NCBI GenBank assembly: GCA_002269645.1
Contig: NIVC01004023.1
Span: 52 to 64,051 of the forward strand
From: Macrostomum lignano
Lineage: Eukaryota
Reading direction: 5' to 3'
Length of the DNA stretch: 64,000 bases
The notes beneath the pieces were generated by a model. It was not told the origin of the DNA and searched no databases. It saw only the letters and a list, made by a program, of their open reading frames with translations. Every line of letters starts with the position of its first letter. Positions within the stretch are counted from its first letter, which is position 1. Shown one piece after another: positions 37,141 through 60,500 of the stretch. The translations under genes were made by a program, and so were the position numbers.

Positions 37141-38406
37141 TAGTCGCTAGTCAACTTACGCTCAATGAGGTTGACTAGCGCGTCGCAGACCAAATCCTGG
37201 TGAGTGCGGCGCTCACCAGCTTCGGATCGGGGTCACCAGTATCCGTGGGCTCCTTCTCAGCAGAAGGCCTTTGATTAGTCGGGAGGCAGTTGGCGGCATT
37301 CGCCGCCCTTCGCCCACCGGCTGCGGGGTCTTCCGCCACAGAGTGGCCCAATGCCCTGGAGTAGCCAGCCGCCTGGGCAGGCGGGTCCGTCTCTGCAGTT
37401 GGCCCTGTCCCGAGGGGTTGGACCCAGAAACGACGTTCCCACCCTTCTTGGACGAACTGGTGCGCCTGGGCGTCCCGCGACCTCTCGCCTCAGCTGGCTG
37501 CTCGCTGGAACAGGCCGCGCCGTCCCTGCTACCCCATCTCGATCCCACCCTTTGATAAAAGCACCACCAGTACTCCACCGTGTCTATTCTTTGATAACTG
37601 ATTCCGACTTCGTTCATTAGCATTTTCAAAGCAATTTAGTTTAATGCAGAAGCAATCAGTTCAATCGGTTTTATAGCTAAATCTAGAAACTGAAGTTATA
37701 TTTTATAAAATTCTGGTTTATTGCCATATACAAGTCACGCCTGAAAGAACGCCGTGCTCAAAGCACCAACTCTCATGTTTAAAGCTTAAAATATGCGTCC
37801 GTTGGACAGCTGCAGTTTATTGTTTTGCTTAAGCTGAGGCTTTGGATAAAAAATGGGTCTTCATGCCCAAAGTATTAAGATTGTAGTATTTGATTGTAGT
37901 AACCCAGCGTTCATTGAAGGTCTTGAGAAAAAGAGCGAGAAAAAGTTAACATTGAGTTTAGCTCAAAAATTAGTTGTACAGGCAACTGAGATTCACTTAC
38001 CATAAAAAGAGGGGTCTATTTTAAGATAAACTATTACTTATTAAGGTAACGAGCAATTACGAGCGCTTGATTCACTAAAAAATCTTTCGGAATTTTTATA
38101 GACCACTCATCGGTATGAAACACATGGTCGCTTCTTGCCTTCTCGTAAGTAAAAAATTGTTTAGATATTTTAGCATATCAGTAAAAGCAAATCAGATAGT
38201 CATTGTTTTTTCTGACTTTGCGTCAGAGTCTGATAGCTAAACAAAGCCCATCGAGAGAAGCATTAAAGTACACAAATTGAACAGGAACTTTTCTTGATTT
38301 TGTTTGCACTGTGATAGCCTAGTTGTATCGATCGGTCACAGGACTCCTTCATAAGATATGAGCTCGACACTTTGTGCGAGCGTACATAAATTAAATTCAA
38401 CAGTTC

Positions 38407-40081
<1,675 letters not shown>

Positions 40082-40984
40082 GCGTTGAATCCGACCGAGA
40101 TGCGGTCTTGAGAACTACGAGAGCTCACTGGGCTTTTAACAGCGGCACTGATTCCTTATCTTACGTAATCGCCACCGTATTTATTTAAATCTTTTTTCTT
40201 CCATGTTATTACTTTTCATTATGATTTTATTATATTATTTAATCTATCAGTGACTGTTGAAAATAGTCACTATTGTGGTTTTCATTTGGGAAATGGGATA
40301 GTAAAATAAACTATACGGTAAATCTACACGGGAATTGCTTTTGCAATAGCATTCTTGTAAAACCTTATGATTTTTAAGCTTTGTAAAACAAGGAATTCAA
40401 AGTGGCAGCACATTGCAAATGAGCAGAACGGTTCGTTCAATTTTTCCGGTCCAGCATTAAATCGATTCGCGATAATGAGAGATCGGCTACTGAAAGTAGA
40501 AAAATAGAAACTTGAACATCGGAATTTATTCGATCAGAGAAAAAAGTATTACCACTATATTAGCTAGTTACGTGTAGAAAAAGACAAGACTAAATAGAAA
40601 GTTTCTAGCGAGGACTTAGACTTGTGCTTCAGTCTGCCAAATTAGATTTTACTCCACTTTATATAACCCATAGGCTCAAAAAAGGAGGCCGCTATATCTG
40701 GCCGCCAGAGCGCGGCGCTGCACCGCCGGTGACTCTGAGCTGGCAGTTGCACCCTTGGTACATGGGTTCTGCTGCTGCTGACGCTGCAAACGGCGAGAAC
40801 TTGCACACTCGGCGTTTCGTCGACTGCGTTCTGGCTGAGACCGGCGCCCGCGGACTCAGACGGCGGTGTGACATACTTTCGTGTCCCTTTTTGTTTTTGT
40901 TACGCTGTGAGCTCGATATTCTTTGCTAGTCAGTAGGAGTTAATAAAAATTCAGCATGAATGCTTGTACAACCATGCATATAAA

Positions 40985-41280
40985 GGGGTTGTAGACTAGT
41001 GGTTAGAGCGTCGGACTCACTATTGAAAGGTCGGGGGTTCGATTCCCGATCCCACTGGAACAATTTGTGTCCTTGAGTAAGTCACTTAACTCTGCATTGC
41101 TTCAGCTCACCCAGCTGTAAAATGGGTGCCAGCATTAGCTGGGGTAATTGAAGGTGTGTGGCGACTCCCCAGTCCTTGGACTGAACAGCCGTACGCAGCC
41201 TTCAGATGCGCCGCGCCATAGCTGCGGCTGAGCTGTCGGTTGCACATCTGCCCATTAGGGCAGGTGCAATCGAAAAAAAA
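40985..41280 (+). mobile_element. tRNA-derived SINE with a CORE/MIR-like central domain
   Basis: A box TAGACTAGTGG, B box GGTTCGATTCC, central GTGTCCTTGAGTAAGTCACTTAAC...CTGTAAAATGGG, A-rich tail. Second copy at 55.2-55.5 kb. Confidence 0.85.
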
Positions 41281-41376
41281 TATGTACGGTCTGGTAAGTT
41301 AATTTAATGATGTCAGCACCGCCAAAATGGCTGATGCATCAGATGGTGTATTTTAGTTTTGGTCCAAATTAGACCA

Positions 41377-50653
<9,277 letters not shown>

Positions 50654-51204
50654 TATTGTTGCAGAAATTCTTTCCGAAAAAGAAAATGAAATCTCAGACC
50701 AGCAAGCGGCTAACCAGTTCCCGCTGACGGAATTTATTTAGTATTATTAGGACGAAATCACCTGTTGAACAGTCGCCCTTCCCTCTCTCGCACAGGCCAT
50801 TCTGCAGCTCCACTGCGTGCCTCAGCCAGCGAAATCTGGCCGAGCAGCTGCTGAGCTCCCAGTGATAACAGCAGCTCAAAGGTCGTTTTCAATACAAAGA
50901 AAAGGCATGCGCGAAGCCCCAATAGGGAGTTTTATCGGAGACACGATGCACCGAAACACTGCCTGCTAGGGTAATTCCAACTTTGCGCAACGTGTGTGAG
51001 AATTTTGAAACAAGGCGCATGGCACCACACAATGAACTATTTCTTAGGCATAGTAGGTTAAGGTAAGAAAGAATTGAAGCAAATGAATATTGTCTGTGTA
51101 TTTTGAACTGAAGTTGAAATAAGCATGGACAAAGCTGATGGTTATTTCCTGCTTTATTTCGTTTTACATGTGCTTAGAATAAATTTACTCCTAGATGTCT
51201 ATAG

Positions 51205-53190
51205 TCCAACAGACTGAAGATACACCAGACACACTGAAGATACACCAGACACACTGAAGATACACCAGACACACTGAAGATACACCAGACACACTGAAGA
51301 TACACCAGACACACTGAAGATACGCCAGAAACACGGAAGATACACCAGACACACTGGAGATACACCAGACACACTGGAGATACACCAGACACACTGGAGA
51401 TACACCAGACACACTTGAGATACACCAGACACACTGGAGATACACCAGAAACACTGAAGATACACCAGACACACGGAAGATACACCAGAAACACTGAAGA
51501 TACACCAGACACACTGAAGATACACCAGACACACTGGAGGTACACCAGAAACACTGAAGATACACCAGACACACTTGAGATACACCAGAAACACTGGAGA
51601 TACACCAGACACACTGAAGATACACCAGAAACACTGAAGATACACCAGACACACTTGAGATACACCAGACACACTGGAGATACACCAGACACACTGGAGA
51701 TACACCAGACACACTGGAGATACACCAGACACACTGGAGATACACCAGAAACACTGAAGATACACCAGAAACACTGAAGATACACCAGACACACTGGAGA
51801 TACACCAGACACACTTGAGATACACCAGAAACACTGAAGATACACCAGAAACACTGAAGATACACCAGAAACACTGAAGATACACCAGAAACACTGAAGA
51901 TACACCAGACACACTGGAGATACACCAGACACACTGAAGATACACCAGACACACTTGAGATACACCAGACACACTGGAGATACACCAGAAACACTGAAGA
52001 TACACCAGACACACGGAAGATACACCAAGACAGACTCAGACACACTGGAGATACACCAGACACACTTGAGATACACAAGACACACTGAAGATACACCAGA
52101 CACACTGAAGATACGCCAGAAACACGGAAGATACACCAGACACACTGGAGATACACCAGACACACTGGAGATACACCAGACACACTGGAGATACACCAGA
52201 CACACTTGAGATACACCAGACACACTGGAGATACACCAGAAACACTGAAGATACACCAGACACACGGAAGATACACCAAGACAGACTCAGACACACTGGA
52301 GATACACCAGACACACTTGAGATACACCAGACACACTTGAGATACACAAGACACACTTGAGATACACCAGAAACACTGAAGATACACCAGACACACTGAA
52401 GATACGCCAGACACACGGAACATACACCAGACACACTGGAGATACACCAGACACACTGGAGATACACCAGAAACACTGGAGATACACCAGAAACACTGAA
52501 GATACACCAGACACACTGGAGATACACCAGACACACTGGAGATACACCAGACACACTGGAGATACACCAGACACACTGGAGATACACCAGAAACACTGGA
52601 GATACACCAGAAACACTGAAGATACACCAGACACACTGGAGATACACCAGACACACTGAAGATACACCAGACACACTGGAGATACACCAGACACACTGAA
52701 GATACACCAGACACACTGGAGATACACCAGACACACTGAAGATACACCAGACACACTGGAGATACGCCAGAAACACGGAAGATACACCAGACACACTGGA
52801 GATACACCAGACACACTGGAGATACACCAGACACACTGGAGATACACCAGACACACTGGAGATACACCAGAAACACTGAAGATACACCAGAAACACTGAA
52901 GATACACCAGAAACACTGAAGATACACCAGACACACTTGAGATACACCAGACACACTGGAGATACACCAGACACACTTGAGATACACCAGACACACTGGA
53001 GATACACCAGACACACTTGAGATACACCAGAAACACTGAAGATACACCAGACACACTTGAGATACACCAGACACACTGAAGATACACTAGACACACTGAA
53101 GATACACCAGACACACTGAAGATACACCAGACACACTGAAGATACACCAGACACACTGAAGATACACCAGACAGACTGAAGATACACCGA
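51205..53190. repeat. 2-kb 20-bp minisatellite (GATACACCAGACACACTGRA)n
   Basis: Direct reading. Variant GATACACCAAGACAGACTCA recurs near 52020 and 52270. Confidence 0.97.
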
Positions 53191-54582
53191 AAAGCATACT
53201 AGAAACGCAGCAAGCGGCCTCAAGACACATACAATACCGAAGCAACAATGTACCTCAACCATTGGCCCAATATTTATGAGCACGAGGCCTCAGTATAATT
53301 TCTTATTAGAATTTATTAAATGATGAAAAGCCGAGGAAAAAGATGAGTATTAAATTATTTGATAAGTTATTGCACTAATATAATCAGCATTTGTTATATG
53401 CATCTTATCCAATCAAGCAAATACAGCGGCTCATGACACGCAATCCGAATAAAATTCTCATACTTTTTTCACAGGAAAAAGCAGAACAAACCAAAAAACC
53501 AGAGAGTCAGCAAATGAATTTTAGTCACGAAGCTGATATGGAGAGCGGAGATGCTGTGTACAATAATTCGAAACTTTTTTTATTATAATGAGTAGACAGA
53601 CAGTTAGGAAAGGCGGCCGGATATGGGAATAGCGACACCCCAACCCAGTAACCCTTGGGCTTAAGAGACAGTGGAGTGTGTTAATCAAACCCACACCAGC
53701 AAATTGCATCGCAAGCAAAGAGATGATTGGTGAATACGGTAAGAAAAGTAATTTATAAGTACATTAATCCAATTAAATTGAAGCGAGTAAAAAAAGCAGT
53801 TATTTTTAGGCTCACGGACATGCGTTTATCATGATAGAATTATGTACACAAACCAAAATCGGAAACACAACCCACTGATTAAACATTCTAGCAATGAAAA
53901 GTTAGGCAACAGCAGACGCTCTTTAAAAAATAAACCTTTATTCATTAATTAGCAAAGCTATTGATATACGCAGGACAATATTGATGGGAAGCAAAATGGG
54001 TGAAAATTGGATTTATTGTCATAGTAATACTTACTCTCTCACGCGAGAGGCTTTTGCACACGTTTCTTACAAGTGAACTATTAATATTATGCAATTTTCT
54101 ACTGGACAACTTGGCTATTTGGCATCGCAGCTCACTGGGTAAGCCGTGTTGCATAAAAATTACGCGCTCCTAAGTTCTATTCAAGGGCCAGATGAAAAAA
54201 AGGAGAGGGACAGAGAAGCGAGCTGAGCAGAGTCACAAACCTTGATCGGGCCGGATTGCTATTGTGAAGCTTCAAAGGACCCGAGTGCCGGATTTTGCAA
54301 CCCCCTAAAAGTGTAAAAGGAAGGACGTAAATCTCAAAAACATTCCTAAGTTTACTTTGCCCTGCAGTGTTTCACTAAATTGTCTAATTTCTTATTGATT
54401 CTGGTCTATACCAGAAGTATTTTCCGTAAATTCAACTGCTTAGAAGTCTTAGATGCTTACTGAGACAAGAAGATGCGAAAATTGACCAATTATTGTGCTA
54501 GAACAAGACTTCGAAAGCAGGATTTGGGAGTGCCTGGTGAGGAGCCTCCTTTATTAATCAGCTGCCCACGATAGCCAAGCAA

Positions 54583-57500
54583 TCATGCGGGATCGCGCAC
54601 CACCAGCATAGTCAAATCTCCAGTCGCCGACTTCAGCACTGACACGGCCTCTTCGTGCGTGACGCCGTCAAACTTGCGCCCGTTGACAGCCTCGATGCGA
54701 TCGCCTTTGAGGAGGCGGCCCCGGGCGAGGCCGGACTCGGCGACGGTCTTCACGTAGATGGGGAAGTCGCCGCACGGCGATCCGATGCCGCCGACGATGC
54801 TGAAGCCCAGCGGCTGCTGCTGGCCGGCCGGGCGGCTCAGGCGCACAAACAGGCGGCCAACCGGCTGCTCCTCGCTGCGTCGGAGCTCCAGCTGGACGAC
54901 TGGCTGCGACTGTTGCAGCTCCGCAGAGCTGAGCAGAGCCAGCGTCTGCGACAAGGGCCGGCCCTCCACCGACTGACCGTTCACGCTCAGCAGCTCGTCG
55001 TCCACCTGTCAATAGTCAGGTTAGGTGAGTACAAAAAAAAATGATCTAAGCTAGAACATAAATAGGACCTTTATTTTCCAACGTGATAGAGCTCTGCTTT
55101 TTGCTCATGCTTAAATTGTTAACATTGTTAACAACCTCGGAAGGGACCGAGGAGCACCCGGTCAATCTCGATAGGCACAGCTTAGTGGTTAGTTGTAACT
55201 AATTGGAGAGTTTTTACTACACCTGCCCCAATCGGACCAGATGTGCAACCGACAGCTCAGCCGCAGCTATTGCGCGGCGCATCTGAAGGCTGCGTACGGC
55301 TGTTCAGTCCAAGGACTGGGGGGTCGCCACACAACACCGTCAATTACCCCAGCTAATGCTGGCACCCATTTTACAGCTAGGAGAACTGAAGCAATGCAGA
55401 GTTACTCGTAAGTGTCTTGCTCAAGGGGACACAAATTTGTTCCAAGTGGGATCGGGAATCGAACCCCATGCAGACCTTTCAGTCGTGAGTCCGACGCTCT
55501 AACCACAAGGCTACAGCCCACTAGGCTAATTCCAGAGCAGTTGTCTTCACTTGAGAGGAGCCATTGCAGCCGTTATGCGATGCCTCTAAACCGTTTCAGT
55601 AATACCCTCAAGTCTAGCCAGACCCCGTTCAGCTGACTAGGCCTGTAGACCAATGGTCCCTGCACAGCCCTTGGACATTAAATCATACCCCTACTATTTC
55701 GTACCCGGATCTTTCCAGACTTTGCCGCTGGTCCCTTGGGCGTCAGCCGTTCAACAAAGGCGCCGCCGCCAACCTCCGGAACGTCGCCACCTGGTGGCAG
55801 CAGTTGAACGCCAGGACTGCCAGCCAGCTCCCAACCGAAGCCGGTGCGGTCAGCCGAACTGGTGGAGCCTCGCTTCAGATTCACTTCGAACACTGTCGAG
55901 TTCACTGCGGTTGAGAGGGCAAATGAGACATCCAAGGGATGATATTATACAGCATTTACAAGCATAAATATATTTATATACCTATCAGCTCAATATCAGA
56001 TGTTGCAGAAATTTTATTGTGTTTAATAAAAATATGGAACTAACGTTTTCTACCGTCTCTATTTAAAATCCAAACTCACTATTGTAAAAGATTACAAAAG
56101 CTTTTGTAATTTGGACTCCTGCATGAAACTGAGCAATGGAAAAGAACTGCAATTCTGGTATTAAAATTTTTCGCATATTCAAGCACCACAAGCTTGGTTG
56201 GGGATATGCAAGCTTTCCACGGGCCGAGCTTAAAAGCGCATTTGCTTTGCAATTTTTTGTAATAAAATTAACGCGAAGCGATGCTTGCGAGTTGGAAATA
56301 AAAAAATATTAAGCCGTCAAGACTTTGCTTAACTGTTTTTTTGATTTGCTGTTGATAGTAAATGACGCTTCAGGAGGGAGTAAAACAAGTACTTCGAAGT
56401 AGTTCTATTTGTGCCAAAAAACGTTACAGTTTGGGCAACAAAAGTATGTCATAACAGTTGTTGGGCTACACAAAAACAAAATTAGGCGGGAATGTGCAGA
56501 CTCGAAGGCAATCGTGTCAACTCATAGAGCAAATGGTGCAGCTACGGCAGATACGTCTACTGCGTTTTCGAATATCTGTGTAAAGAAAAATTGACGGAAG
56601 GAAGCGAATCGTTTAAGCTGTTTTGTGCGTAGTTGCATGCTATAAGCAATAGCAATACAATAAACAGATCTCCAGCTGTCTAATCAATAACACCAACCCG
56701 CAATCAACAACACCCACACTCCACGATACCCACCTCACTCCACGACACCCACCTCACTCCACGATACCCACCTCACTCCACGACACCCACCTCACTCCAC
56801 GACACCCACCTCACTCCACGACACCCACCTCACTCCACGACACCCACCTCACTCCACGACACCCACCTCACTCCACGACACCCACCTCACTCCACGACAC
56901 CCACCTCACTTCACGACACCAACCCCACTCCACGACGCCATACTCAACTTCACGACACCCACCTCACTTCACGACACCAACCCCAATCCACGATGCCAAA
57001 CTCACTCCACGACACCCACCTCACTCCACGATACCAACCCCAATCCACGATGCCAAACTCACTTCACGACAACCACCTCACTACACGACACCTAAATTAC
57101 TCCATTCACGATATTAACAATGTCCAAGTATCTCAGTCTAATAGCCCCGGAATGCAGACAATGCATGTTAGTCCCTATTAATACTACGCTCGTATCAATC
57201 AACGTAGAATGCAGTCTTTAGAACCAATAAGAAATGCTGACGGTGCAGATACTCAACTAAAGGGGGGTTAGCAAAAATGAGTGCAGATTAAGCGGGCCCG
57301 CGCTCATACGAAGGGGTGGCGGAGTTGGCACACAACGAGCAGGCTTCGAGCACAACAGCAGCGCCTAAATATAGCATAAATACCAATTAGTTAAAACAGA
57401 TAGAAAATAAATGTAAAAGCTACAATCACAGCCGGCCTACCCAGACGGCAGTGCAAAGGAGATCGACTCGCATCTCTCAACGTCGAACCTCGATTCTCGC

Positions 57501-60500
57501 CTCAGTGACAGATTATCTTTTCAGTCCAGATACGTCAAGTTTTCCCGGTTTGTTAAAATTGATACAATTTTATTATACTGCTCGTAATACTTTTTTGAAT
57601 CTGAGAGCTAGAAGTTTGATTTCGATTGAAGCGGTATTGTGTGAGCACTAGCTAAATGAATGGGCGGTGCCTGGGGCTGGTGCCCGGTGTTTCAGAATTT
57701 GTGAGAAGCCTCAGAGTCCACCTGGATTAAATGAAAATGTGCAATTTAATTAATTTGATTTTTGCTTCTGTTTTGTTATAAATTGATTAGAATTTTGATT
57801 TATTGATTGCATTCTGACTGGTTGACCCTTAAAATTCAATTTTAAATGATTGGATCCTTGAGAAATTTTATTTTAAGCTGCCAATTTTAAATTGCCTACA
57901 GGCGCGTTTTTTTATTGTCAAGATAAGGCCAGAGAAAGCTATTCATAAATACTGACAAGTCGGATTCAAAACAATTTTTCAAGACATTTCAGTAAGTCGC
58001 AGATTCTTAAGCCCCTTGTATCTTGATATTTAAACAAATATTCAAAATTGACTTGAGGCATGAATAGCAGAAAATAAGTAGAAAATTTAATATCTGTTTT
58101 TCGACTTCCCCAAGCGATATTGGCTTGAAAACTCAGAACTGAAGCGATTTCGAACGAAGCCAAGGAAGTGAACTCAACCAGAGAAAAAATTAGCGTAACA
58201 CAAGTGCTGGCGTCAGAAATTCACTCCAAGTGCAGTGACGACCTTTCGTCATTTTGAATCCTTTGGAACAAAATACTGAAAAGGAGTTTCTATCTAAACA
58301 ATAACTTTCCGGTAGTCTGGTTAAATTCATAAAGGAATACACAGTCACTGCTTGCACATCCCGCAACCGCTGCTAAACTTTCTGTATAAACATTTCAATT
58401 TCAAAATAAACTGTCAACAATCAAGTCAAATGGTGAAGCTTCACTCACCGCACTTGCGCTTAGACTTTGCGCTGGTGCCAACGTGTTTCAGACGGCCAAT
58501 TAGGAAGCTGACTTTGCCCTGCGATGAGGACTGTAATGATGAAGTGAGCGCGGTATGAAGTCACGTATTTTAAAAGTTACGTAAAAGCACATTTTAATGT
58601 AGAAAGAAAAGGTTTACCTTAAGCATCGCCGCCACCTCAGAATGAGGAGTCTTGCGCACGTCGATGCCGTTGATCTCGAGAATTCTGTCGCCAGGCTGCA
58701 GTCGGTTGTCGCTCTCCGCTGCCCCGCCTTTGATCTGTGCGTCGATAGGGGAATGAGAGCTTTGTAAACTGAATAAGATTATGTAGCATCGCCAAATTGA
58801 GGATCAATAGCTTCATCAAACCATCCAGCAGAAGCTCTTTAATTTCATCCTGCAAGCGGCACTGGCAGCACTCACAATGTCCGACACTTGCACGCCCTCG
58901 TCGCGTGATCGGGCCACAATGCTGAAGCCGAGGCCCCGGCCGGGCTTGCGCACCAGCTCCAGCCTGTGCAGCTCGTACAGGTCGGCCTCTGATACGGACT
59001 TTTCGTCTCGACGCACTCGCAGACGGACGCGCGGCCCAGCCTGCAGAATGGCCGACTTAGCCTCGTCGTGGGTGACTCTAGCCAGGGACCGATCGCCCAC
59101 GGCCACAATCTGATCGCCCGACCGGAGTCGGCCGTCGATGCCAGCTGCACCGGCTTCATAAACTTCGTGTATGATTATAGAGCTCTGTGCGAATTGGCGA
59201 GGGAAATAAATAGTAGTCAGTAATGATGACTGGCTACTTCCAGATTTCTGGACTCCATCTCACCGCTGCCACCAGCCATTTTTTATTTAAACTATTTAAG
59301 TTTGAAGACCCGCGCCGTCTTCACTCCACGACACCCACCACACTCCACGACACCAACCCCATTCCACGACATCCACCTCACTCCACGACACCCACCTCAC
59401 TCACATCCACCTCACTCACATCCACCTCACTCACATCCACCTCACTCCATGACACCCACCTCACTCAACAACACCCACCTCACTCCACGACACCCACCTC
59501 ACTCAGCGACACCCACCCAACTCCATGAAACCCACCTCACTCCACGACCACCACCCATTCCACGACGATGTTAGACAGTTTCCATATTTTTTCACATTTT
59601 GATGTTTAGAAATGACAGAAAAATCGAGATAAAAATGTCAAAATGTCTATTAAAACACTTTAATTTGTGCAAGTCTAGCAAAGTGAATTAGGAGACTGAT
59701 CGAATCTATAAATAATCTATGCTAGGCAAGCGAGAATCGGCGAGAGCTTTGAAGCTCCTCTTCTATACGTTTAAAGTCATCTCTGTTTTATCCGCAGCCC
59801 CGAGGCATCTCACACTTTGAGATCCAGATCGGGGACACGAATTAACAAAGCTAATTTTCTGTTGGCACTGAGTGGCTCAGATCGAATCAGTTAGGCTAGA
59901 GAGAGAGCCCGACCTTGGCGCTGCCTTGACTTGTTCCCACAGATCGCTTTGATGTAAGCTGCTGGGCTGCTGCGCGAGCGGACACTCAGTCCGTGCATGC
60001 TTTGCCTCAGTTTTTGCCCCCCCCCCGGGATGACCTGTCAAATGCAGCAAAGCAGAAGAGGCATGGAGGCCGGGTCTCCTGCATGGCCCTCTTCACCTAA
60101 ACTTAAGTAGTTTTTCGCCGCTCCCGTCTCAGGGAGCAGGGATGAAGTATGAATAATCATAGCATTCAAGTAGCACCGAGTGTGGGGAAAGAAATCAAGA
60201 GGAAAGCCGATCGGGAGCTTGGCACGCAGGCGGGAAGGTCAGCTAACGGATTAGGGACAGGGCAGGAGAAAGGCGGAACTGGCTCAGATGAGACATGAAC
60301 TCCTCGCGGCAGTGTCTTTACGCTTGCTCACCCGAGATCGATAATAAACCTGCTCACGTTGGCCGCCTAGAAAGGCAGCGAAATTCAGTGCAACCTGTCA
60401 GTAATCTGGGAGTTCTCGAGACTGTCGTAAATTTACAGGCGTCTTATAACTTGCCCACCTTGCCAATGCCTGAAGCGACTGTAGGTAAGAATATGGACGA

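Noticed and set aside
37140-37560. Open frame next to the degraded LINE as a separate gene
   Set aside because: It has no recognisable motif or supported splice structure, and may be the 5' portion of the same LINE fragment.
40985-41055. tRNA gene
   Set aside because: A and B boxes are present, but there is no complete cloverleaf or acceptor stem, and the sequence continues into a SINE body duplicated at 55.2 kb.
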